Positions 25,277 through 36,083 of a DNA stretch of 64,000 bases are shown piece after piece. The first letter of the stretch is position 1, and each line of letters begins with the position of its first letter. The DNA lies in contig OX597834.1 of the NCBI GenBank assembly GCA_951406725.2, forward strand, positions 23,250,001-23,314,000. Reading direction: 5' to 3'. The notes below the pieces were generated by a model. It was not told where the DNA came from, searched no databases, and saw nothing but the letters and a program-made list of their open reading frames with translations. The DNA is from Octopus vulgaris (taxonomy: Eukaryota). Made by a program: the position numbers and the translations under genes.

Positions 25277-25385
25277 TTGTGTATGTATATATACATATAT
25301 ATGTATTTGTGTATGTATATATATATATATATGTATTTGTGTATATAAATATATATTTGTGTATGTATATATATATATATGTATT

Positions 25386-25420
<35 letters not shown>

Positions 25421-25467
25421 GTATGTATATATATATATATATATATACCGTTAATGCATGTTTCTGT

Positions 25468-25517
<50 letters not shown>

Positions 25518-25597
25518 TATATATACTGATATATATATATATTTGTGTATGTATATCATCATTTAGCGTCCGTTCTCCATGCTAGCATATATGTATT

Positions 25598-25638
<41 letters not shown>

Positions 25639-25681
25639 GTATGTATATATATATATTTGTGTATGTATATATATATGTATT

Positions 25682-25717
<36 letters not shown>

Positions 25718-25814
25718 GTATATATATATATATTTGTGTATGTATATATATATATATTTGTGTATGTATATATATATATATTTGTGTGTATGTATATATA
25801 TATATATATTTGTG

Positions 25815-25865
<51 letters not shown>

Positions 25866-25881
25866 GTATATATATATATAT

Positions 25882-25916
<35 letters not shown>

Positions 25917-25930
25917 TTGTATATATATAT
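24781..25930. repeat. About 1.15-kb compound satellite of TTTGTGTATG(TA)n units
   Basis: Recurrent TTTGTGTATG anchors separated by variable TA runs. Confidence 0.95.
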
Positions 25931-26205
25931 AAAACTGAGAATCTGTGTGTGTCTGTCTGTCTGTGTGGATCCCTAAAACTGGAGAACTACATGACCAATT
26001 TCAATCAAATTTTACACATGCCTTACTTAGGGTCCATGTAGTGTCATGGGCAAAAAAATGTTTAACTTCTTGCCTAGGGCGAGCCCACAGCAATATCACA
26101 TCTCCACTATTTCAGTATTACGTGTTAAAAGTGAAACAAAAGCATCTCTCTATTGTATGTATATGGAGATATATATATATATATACACACATGTATATAT
26201 ATATG

Positions 26206-26257
<52 letters not shown>

Positions 26258-26269
26258 TACTCACACACT

Positions 26270-26459
26270 CGCATGCACGTTTTTTTTTTCCCTCCGTTCG
26301 CCCGCCTCGGGATCTTTCTTTCTCTTATGTTTCTGACGAAGAGCTCCGCTCGAAACGTCATACCCTCCTTCTTCCCTTTTTCCTAAGCGCCTAATAATAA
26401 TACTTTAATTGTTCTACCTCCTTGTGTTGTTGTTTTTTCTGTTTTCTCGTTTGGATTAA

Positions 26460-26462
<3 letters not shown>
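26270..26462 (+). mobile_element. Penelope-like terminal fragment
   Basis: Same family as 20635-20840 and 56258-56440; ends TGGATTAAC next to a (TA)n run; contains a hammerhead motif. Confidence 0.65.
26329..26363 (+). ncRNA. Minimal type I hammerhead ribozyme motif (Penelope-associated type)
   Basis: GTTT-CTGACGA-A-GAGC-TCC-GCTC-GAAA-C-GTC-ATAC: CUGANGA and GAAA boxes, 4-bp stem II, palindromic ACGU in place of stem III, GUC triplet. Confidence 0.55.
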
Positions 26463-26504
<42 letters not shown>

Positions 26505-26657
26505 GTATATAGCTTCCTGGATATTAATTCTGACTAATTTTGTCTAAAGATGCTGTAAATTATTTGAAACAAATTGCAAATTTGTAAGACCATTGAATAA
26601 AGTCTGTCTGTTCTGAATATAACAAACTTTAACTGTTGTTTTTTATCTCCATTTCAG

Positions 26658-26708
26658 TTATTAACAGTCACCATGCCAGTCCAACCAGAGAATTATGTAA
26701 CAACCTGA
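26658..26708 (+). CDS. PIH1D1: PIH1D1 exon 10 (terminal coding exon)
   Basis: tttcag|LLTVTMPVQPENYVTT*; supplies the final LxVxMP strand of the CS domain. Total CDS 939 nt, 312 aa. Confidence 0.9.
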   Translation, partial: LLTVTMPVQPENYVTT

Positions 26709-26747
26709 TCATTGTGCAAGAAACTACACAATATATTTCTGTTCTAG

Positions 26748-26801
26748 TTGTTAACAGCCAGGATGCCAGTGCAAACAAAGTGTTATTATATAATGACCTG
26801 A
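26748..26801 (+). CDS. PIH1D1: Duplicated alternative terminal exon of PIH1D1 (putative)
   Basis: ttctag|LLTARMPVQTKCYYIMT*; paralogous to 26658-26708, same phase, own AG and stop. Confidence 0.4.
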   Translation: MLTARMPVQTKCYYIMT

Positions 26802-27581
26802 CTGATGCTTTCTGGACATTAGACAATGTATATTTTTGTTCCAATTATTCATATTGAATTAATTTTTGCACAATTTTTTCAATACTTCTCAAATTGGTGA
26901 TTTTTATGTATAATGATGCATAAAAATTATCAATTCAAGACAGAATAACCAAGAGCAAGAAAAGTGGGTGGTAGATATTCAATACAGTTTTACACCACCA
27001 CCGACTCTTTACCCTGGGGTACCTTCATTGGAGTTTATGGAATTTTGTATGGGTGATATCTTTAATCATTTGCCTGGTTTTAACACAACCACCTGGGTCT
27101 TGGACCCTTTAGTAGTGTTACACCTGGTGCTAGATGGGGTTTTGTATTTTTTTCACCCAGTTTAACACCATCTACTTGCCCCTGGGTGTCTTTAGTCTGG
27201 AGATTCTTCCTCTCTTCATCCAGTCGTGGAGTTCTGCAAAAGGTCCTGAAGGATAGGAAATGACTTAAAATCTATCTATTGTTTGCTGAATCTGTCCTGT
27301 AGGGACCTGTTGGTCTTATCTCTCTCTCTCTTTCTTATCCTCCCCCTCACTGTCTGTCTGTCTATCTATCTATCTATTCCCCTCATATTTCTGTCTATAA
27401 TGTTTGAAATCATTTATTTTAAAATCTAAAATCTTAGCCATTAATTCACAAACTATGCAATATTACATTGATATTAGCTCTGTATTTGAGAGAGAAACAA
27501 CCAAGAGACCCAGCAATTAACAGATTCTTGGTTCAAATCCCAGCATTGTTTCTGTCTGTTATTGTTTTTTTATAAATGTTT

Positions 27582-27587
27582 AATAAA
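27582..27587 (+). terminator. Candidate PIH1D1 polyadenylation signal
   Basis: AATAAA followed about 20 nt later by a GT/T-rich tract (TGTTTCTTGTTGTTTCTTG). Confidence 0.45.
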
Positions 27588-29667
27588 TGTGTTTTTGAAA
27601 ATATTACTGTTTCTTGTTGTTTCTTGATGTTCATCTGATTGTCTATATCAGTTTTTAGACAAATAAAGATATTTCTGTTAAAATAATATTGGCTTAATGA
27701 CTCATCATAGGCACAAGAGTCTGATGCAAAGGTAAGTTGTTGTTCGACAAAAGAATCTGAGATGAGAATTGAATTGAAGGTATGGCTGTGTGGTTAAGAA
27801 GCTTGCTTCACAACCATCTGGTTCCAGGGTCAATCTCATTGGGTGGAACATGGGGCAAACATCTTTGGACAATTAATACCCTGTGGGTGGAATTCGGTAG
27901 GCAGAAACTGTATAAAGTCCATCACATTCAGTGGAATGGCTGGAGTATGTGCCACCTGGGCTAGCCTTTGAATTTGCTGTCTCTCCCCCCACCACCACAC
28001 CATTGCTATACAAGTTTATACACTGGACCCAAAAGTGCTGTCCCTATAAAAGTGTCACCTGGGGTGGCCCATCCACCTTTGGCTATGCTAAAGGTCACAA
28101 ATATAATTAGAACTCTTACAGTATTTCATGGTTATTCTTGTGTTCAGTTCTAATTCCATTCATAATTTATTTTGCAATGTACTTGGTGACCCTGTTGGTG
28201 TTGGTGCCATATAAAAAGCATTGGTGTTGATGTCACACGAAAGCACCCAGCACACTCTATAAAGTGATTGGCATTAGGAAGGGCATTCATCATTTGAAAC
28301 CATGCCAAAAGAGATGACTGAAGCCTGGCATGGCACTTGGCCTTGCCAATTCCTGTCCAACCATTGAAATCATGCCAGCATGGAAAACACATTAAATGAT
28401 GATGATGATAATATAAGGGACCTTGAAAGACAGCTGCTCCAAAACCTCAGTGAAGAATCCAAGTGAATCATGGGTACATTCTTCCTTTCAGGGATTGATA
28501 AAAAAGGAGCAATCCAAGAGCGTGGATTGGTGGAAGTATGAGAACGTTGGACCAGGTGTCTTGCAGTGTTTGCTGCAGCTCTTTGCATTCTGAGTTCAAA
28601 TCTACTGTGGCCGACTTAGAGTGGTAGAATTAACCCTTCAGCCCATTTAATATTACCACCTGGTGACGTTGGGGGGTCTTTTGTGGAATCTACTGTCTTG
28701 CAAGCATTTAGACCAACTCTCACGTTTTAGTGATACTTCTCTCCTTCCCTCTCACCAATTTCAGAGGCTCTGTTGGGGGTTTTAGTAGACTTGAACCGGA
28801 GTTGTCACAATTCTGGACTTCAAACCACATGTCTTTCACGTGTGAAGCCAAGTTATCAGTGCCAATCTGAAGCTAGTTTTCACGTAATAGTTTCTCCAGA
28901 GTTTCCTCCATACTAAGCCTATGAATAAAGACCATTTTGAGCGCCAATTTGCAGAATGTTGTTGATGCCAGGCTGGAGTAATTATCTTCACTCTCGTGAA
29001 ATCTTTTTAACAACTGCATGCTTAAACTGACATGCAATTTGTGGTGGTAGACATGAAGCTGTCACATGTATATAGCAGTATATATATTCTTTGTGTTTTA
29101 TCCAGCCCCAGTGCTAAATTTTGATATCCAGCAACTTTACGGGTTGCATTAACTTTCTTTCATCTTGTTGACTCTACATGGATACTTTGTAATGCATGAC
29201 CAACTTCATATGACTTGTGTGGTGTTAATAAATCACATCTATATATTATCAAGGTGTTGTTAAATCATTTACACTTGGCCTCAACCAACAGCAAATATTA
29301 ACAAACACCTAGCAAACGGCTCATGCACTCTGCCATATCATCTGCAGTAAAATATGAAATAGATAAATAAATAAATAAATAAAAAGGCTTTGCTCAAACA
29401 ATAAGCCTTTCCTTAATGGTATGTCAATTTTGGAGAACCCTTAAATCTTGATATTAACTCCCCCACTCAAACTATGATACATCTTCTAGAGGCGGTGATT
29501 ATTTTAATAAATAATGAATTTTTGTTGCAAAGCATTTAACAAACTAGCATTTGTCTATGTTATTCAAATACATGCCACTGGCCATTTCGAGTTATTTCTC
29601 TTAGCTCAATTTTTGTGTCAGCTTAACGCTAATGTGATGTTATTATTTTTTTTGGTAGGGCAGGGAA

Positions 29668-29906
29668 CCGCCCCTATGTCGACAGGAAGTCTTGCACAAT
29701 TACGTCCCTTGCCGTCTGTCTGCTTCAGGAGCTTGTCAGTCGCTTATCCCAAAGACGGAGGACGCGGTTGTGGAAACAGCTTTCCAAGTCTGTTTCATCC
29801 GATATTTTAGCTCTGACACACACAGAGATACAGAAAAACGCAGAGAGAGATATCTGGATATATCCATGGAACATTCGGACAATTTACGCGACGCATTTAG
29901 GTAAGG
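29668..29906 (+). promoter_or_regulatory. Candidate promoter and 5' exon (possibly HERC1 exon 1)
   Basis: Non-repetitive CpG-rich stretch with GC box CCGCCC (29668), ETS CAGGAAGT (29683) and a strong donor TAG|gtaagg at 29900/29901. Confidence 0.45.
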
Positions 29907-30414
29907 AAAGCCGCCGTCCCCCACCTCTGTTCCGTATATCAATCGTTTCCCACTCAACATCACACACAAATCAAAACACACACATACACACATATACGCA
30001 CACATACATACACACACAGCGTTTTGCGCGCGCACACATTATATATGCATGGAACGGCAGATATATATACACATATATACATACATGCATATGTGATGTG
30101 TTTATACTAGTTAAGAGTATGTGAGACAGTGACAGCTAAATTTATATTTAGCTGTTATATTATGTATAGAAAGCTTTGTGTGTGTCTGTCTGTCTATATA
30201 TATATATTTATGTATATTTGTTTGTGTATGCATGTGTGTATAATGTTTTTACGCTAGTAGATTCTTGTATATACACGCAGATGGAGCTTTGTATGTAATA
30301 CATAACGACGATTGTAAAAAAAAGATCTCTGTGTATCTATCTATCTACATATTTTTGATTCTATAGCTATAGATATAATGTATATTGCTATAATACATTA
30401 TATTATAGGCACCT

Positions 30415-30448
30415 TTGTATACATACATACATACATATATATATATAC

Positions 30449-30479
<31 letters not shown>

Positions 30480-30482
30480 CAC

Positions 30483-30515
<33 letters not shown>

Positions 30516-30522
30516 CATACAC

Positions 30523-30555
<33 letters not shown>

Positions 30556-30592
30556 CATACATATATATATATATATATATACATACATACAC

Positions 30593-30625
<33 letters not shown>

Positions 30626-30710
30626 CATACACTTACATACATACATACATATATATATATACATACATACATCATGCATACATACATATATATATACACA
30701 CACACACATT
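30415..30710. repeat. Compound (TA)n/(TACA)n microsatellite
   Basis: Directly visible. Confidence 0.95.
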
Positions 30711-31416
30711 CACCTTTGCATACATTTGGTGTACGTACTGGCGTATATAGTATGCGTTTTTAAACACAGACATATGTAAAAAGCGCAGAGAGAGAGAGAG
30801 AGAGAGAACTTGTGTGTGTATGTAACTACATGTTTACTTGCAGGTTATGCGTGTGTACACACATACATACGCACACATACACACACATATACAGTCTAAC
30901 TATGCATTATAAGATGAATCAGTGGTGATGTGTTAAGTGACTGCTATTTAAACTGCAGCAGAAAGAACAAAAATGAAAAAACGTACATGCCTCTTTTATA
31001 CCCATTTTTTAAAAATATGTTTCTTTCTGTGTGTGCATAGTAAAGTATGTGTGTCTCCGGCCAGAGGGTTTGAGGTTGTGTCTCCAAAATATTGCTCAAG
31101 AGCAATAACAGACGTGAAACCAACGGTAACTTCCAAACCGGCCATAACCAACGACTGCATTAAATATTACTGTCCAAAAGATTTTAGAGTGAGCTTTCTT
31201 TTTTTTTTTTTTTTTTTTCTTTTCAGATTTTTGCATAACTGGCCGATATACATGTACGCATACACACACACACAAACATATCGTTCGTCGAGTGAACTAT
31301 ATAGTCTCCTTGCATTGTCCCTTGTCAGCTGGTATACTGGAAGAGTGATAAGCTGACATTCGGGCCCTTCAGGACCTGTGTGTATATAGATGGCAATGTA
31401 GATAAGCACGATAAAG

Positions 31417-31541
<125 letters not shown>

Positions 31542-32101
31542 AGATATAGAGAGATATACAAAAACACTGAATATATTCAGAAGATAAACACACTTGTACA
31601 GTCATAGAGATATTTGTATATATCGACAAATGAATTTATCTTTCTGTGGAGTATAAAGAGTACAGATGAGTAAAGGGAGAATGGCATATTCTTTTTCTTT
31701 TATATTGCTCAGTCTCAGATTGATTGATCTGTGAGTGGACGGACATCGCCCTGATCTTGTCACTTATTCTATCGACCCTGGAAGGATGGAAGGATAAGTT
31801 GTGATCTCAGGAGCGATTGAACTCTGAGCGTAGCGAGTTGGACAATTTACTCAGAGGCATTTCCATCCGGTGGATTAACGACATTGTTGTCAGTTCGACG
31901 CTGCACACACACGCACACACACACACACACACACGTATGTGTGTGTGTTAATAGGAATATATACACATATATGTGGATATTTATTTATTCGCTTAAGTGC
32001 CAACGCACGAAACTCTCGGACCTTGAGTCACCCTGTTACTTCTGCTAAATATTATATATATATATATATACATATACTCATATTTTGAGTTCTATTTTTC
32101 C

Positions 32102-32193
32102 GGCGAAGGTAAAGAATACGCACACCCGGGTATTTGCGCTTAGGGTTAGGGTTACGCCGATACCGGGTGGTGTGCGTATTCTTTACCTCTGCC
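32102..32193. mobile_element. Small fold-back MITE with internal TTAGGG repeats
   Basis: Arms AGGTAAAGAATACGCACAC... and ...GTGTGCGTATTCTTTACCT around TTAGGGTTAGGGTTA. Confidence 0.7.
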
Positions 32194-32369
32194 ATGTGTG
32201 TGTGTGTATATCTATCTATCTTTATATAAAAGCATCTTATGATATGTTTATACACACACACACAGTGTTCATACGATTCTGTCTGTGGCTCAGTCGTTGT
32301 GTCGTTCTTGATATTGCGATCGTATATGTTTGTTTGTTTGTGTGTGTGTATGTGTATATAACAGATAAA

Positions 32370-32622
<253 letters not shown>

Positions 32623-34599
32623 GCACGCACGCACGCACACATGAATATGTGTGTGTACATGGTACTATAGAAATGTCCCAACCAAACACTATATAAACGC
32701 TCCGATTTGTATTTCGTCGTATTCCATTATACTTCTCTCTTGATACCTGCAAAGTGTCTAAATAACGTCCATTGTTATTCCTTGATGGATGAGACACGGT
32801 GACGCGATTGTTATACCTTTGACCATCAGGTCGGCTCGCGCTGACTCAGGGTTAAATAATAACTGTAGCAACAGCGACTCTGAAATATTCCTTCCTGTTG
32901 CGTTAGTTCTTGTCACACGACATTGCTTTGGTTAAAAGGCAACGACCGACATAACTCCCCATTCTTCAATTAAATTAGCTTCTTGTGATCGACAAGCCGG
33001 TCTAGTCGTGGCATTGTCGCTCGCTGCCTCGCTTTGTGTGGAGGGTTTCTGAGTTCGAATCCTGTTTAAACGTTAGTTGGCTTTACGACTCATCGTTCCG
33101 TGGTGCCGCTGCCGCGGGACTGGCAGTGGTTTGTTTGTCTGATTTTGACCAACGCTGACCGGGGGGGGGGGGGCGAAGCTGAGGAGAAAATAAATAAGCA
33201 CCAGTTGAATATTTGGGTCGATGAAATGACTTACTCCTACCTGCAGGCCTTGTGGCAAAATTTGAAAACGTTGTTGTTGTTGAGGTGGGCAGCAGCAGTA
33301 GTAGTAGTAGTAAGAAAAGATTATTTTTCCACTTCCATAAAAATTTGAACTCAGAATGTCAAAAGCTGGAACAAATGTTGCAATGCGTTTTGTCCGATGC
33401 CCTTATGATTCTGCTAATCTACTGTCCTCAGGGGCGGAGTCCTGAGGGGTACGGGCACTTCTAAATAATGTTATTACGCCCTTTTCTCCTGGCCCTGTAT
33501 TCCCTTCTGACCTTGTGCCCTCTCTTCGAAAAATTCCTGGGACCATGCCTGGTCCTAGTAGTAATTCTTTATTTGCTGATCAGCACAAGGTCCGAAATTT
33601 TAGAGGAGAGGATTTGTTGATTCTATTGACCCCAGTGATCAACTGCAACTTGCTCCATTGACCCTGAAAGGATGAAATGCGAATCAGTTCTAAAATTCTT
33701 GAAATGAGGCATGGCTGTGTTGTACGACGTTTGCTTCCCAACTACATGGTTATGGGTACAGCCCCAGTTTGTGGTACTTTGAACAAGTGGTTTCTACTGT
33801 AGCCCCAGGCTGACCAAAGCCTTGTGAATGGATTTAGTAGACGGAAACGGAAAGAAGCCCATTGTATATACTTCTATATATGTGTATGTGTTGATCTCGG
33901 TGTTTGTCCCGCACAACTGCTTGAGAACTGGTGTTGGTGTGTTTGTGTCCCCCGCAACTTAGCAGTTTGGCAAAAGCAACCTATAGGATAAGTACCAGGT
34001 TTTAAAAAAATAAATTAGAACTGGGATTGACTCATTCAGCTAAAAATTCCTGAAGGCAGTGCTCCAGCGTGGCCACAGTCTAATAACTGAAACCAGTAAA
34101 ATATAATCAATGATTAGGCTCATTGAAGCTGATGTAACTACTGAAGTACCCCCCTTACTGACATTGTTTCCTCATAACTTTCTTAAAAATACATTTTCTT
34201 TTAAAGGAAATTTTCTGGAGATAAGTTTATGTGGAGATGTAGATTATAATTATCTTGATAAGGTGTAGAAAAAAATTCTTTTACTCCTAATTTACTGGTG
34301 CCGTGTAAAAGGCACTCATGTTTAGGGGTGGGCATGGTTGTGGGTGAGCAGGGTTCTGTAGTTATGCCCCAACATTTTCCTCTTTTCTCTGGATATCCCA
34401 GACTTTATGGTCTAAAATAGGAATTTGCAAAATGAATAGTTGACGGTCCAATTCATCAGGGGGTTTGAGCATGCAGTGGATGTGTGAAGAAATTTCAACT
34501 TAACCACTGCTTTCCAATTGTGACTATTTTGTTTTCTAACCCTTTTCCTGAACCCTAAACACTAAGCTTCAAACCCTACATATTCAAAAGCTTTTAAAC

Positions 34600-34792
34600 C
34601 AGTGGTTCTCAACCTTTTTAATGTCTGGGCCAGGTCCAAGACCTGGATGTTTTAGGGGGCAGCACCAAAAAAAGGAAAATCCCAATCAATTGAAAGAGAA
34701 ATTTATATTTAGAGAAGGATGAACTTCAAGGTCCACCGGAAGGATGCTTGAAGGCCACGTGCATCCCTGGGAGTCATGGTGGGGAACCCCTG
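34600..34792. mobile_element. hAT-superfamily MITE
   Basis: TIRs CAGTGGTTCTCAACC...GGTGGGGAACCCCTG; TSD TTTTAAAC / CTTTAAAC (7 of 8). Confidence 0.75.
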
Positions 34793-35920
34793 CTTTAAAC
34801 CTTACTGAATCATGTGCTTTAGGGCACAAAAGCCGCAATGAAATGCACCGTCAACTGTTTGTTTCATGTGTCATGTAACTTGGCTGCATGGTCATGTAAT
34901 CCATACTAGGTCAGCGGTTTGGGGCAGGAGTTTGGTGATGTCATCATTTTGTCTCCATTCTCCATGCTGACATGGGTTGGACAATTAGACAGGATCCAAC
35001 CGCTTAGAGGACCACACCGGTTTTAATTTTGGCATGGTTTTTACAGCTGGGTCCACACACTTTGCAGAGTGCACTGGGTGATTTTTATGTGGCACCAGCA
35101 ATATAGGGGTTGCCTTTAATTCGCACGATTAAAGAGCTCCTATCCCAGAGGGAGAATAGTAGTTGTCACATTTTGTGAGGTGTTGTGAGGAGTAGGAATG
35201 GGTTACATCAGTGAATAAACTTCCAGAAGTAAAGGACCTCATTGGAATACAATGTTATTTCACTGAGACACATCAGTAAAGGGCCTCATAAGAGTGCAGG
35301 GGTATTTCACTTTGAGATTTCAGTACAGGACTTGAACAAACAAATAAATAGTAGACTTATTATGATAACGATGAGGATGAGATCCCATAAATGATGACAA
35401 ATTAATGTTGTGTAATTGTAATTAATAATTGATGGGACTGACCAAATGTGCAACACTTCTTTTTGAAGAAGCACCTGAAAATGGACAATCTTTCAAAGTA
35501 TTTGCTGAAGAATCTATGAAGAAATGCCAAGTTGCTTCTAGTTGGCTTATAACAACTTCTAATGAGTAACATCTATTATATGAGAAATGGTAGAAAGTAC
35601 TACAAAGCAGTGATTATGTTTGTATAAGTGAATGATTTAACTTAAATTGGTCTCGAGTAATTTGACCACTACAATAGAATAAACACCATTGGAAGTTGAC
35701 TGCTGCCCGTGATGTGGACTGAGAGGGAAGTGAACTTAATAATAACGGAATCATAGATAAGTTGGTGTTATGTTTGACAGACAGGTTGTTTGTATCTGTG
35801 TTGTAATGTCTATGTTTGATAGCTTGTTTGCGTATGTTGTAGTATCTGTGTATGTTTGACAAGTTGTGTTGTACTGTCTGTGTTGTATGTCTGACAGACT
35901 TTGTTTTGTTGTCCTGTCTG

Positions 35921-36083
35921 TGTCAATGATCTCCGTCTCTCTCTGCCTCTGATTGTTTGTGTCAATGATCTCCATCTCTCTCTGCCTCTGATTGTTTGTG
36001 TCAATGATCTCCATCTCTCTCTGCCTCTGATTGTTTGTGTCAATGATCTCCGTCTCTCTCTGCCTCTGATTGTTTGTGTCAAT
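35921..36083. repeat. 39-bp minisatellite, four full units plus a partial one
   Basis: Unit TGTCAATGATCTCCRTCTCTCTCTGCCTCTGATTGTTTG. Confidence 0.95.

Noticed and set aside
24736-26394. Long ORFs up to 260 aa rich in YI/CV/HT (also at 83-334, 17320-17878, 30345-30779, 31325-31629)
   Set aside because: They are translations of TA/TG microsatellites, which lack stop codons in several frames.
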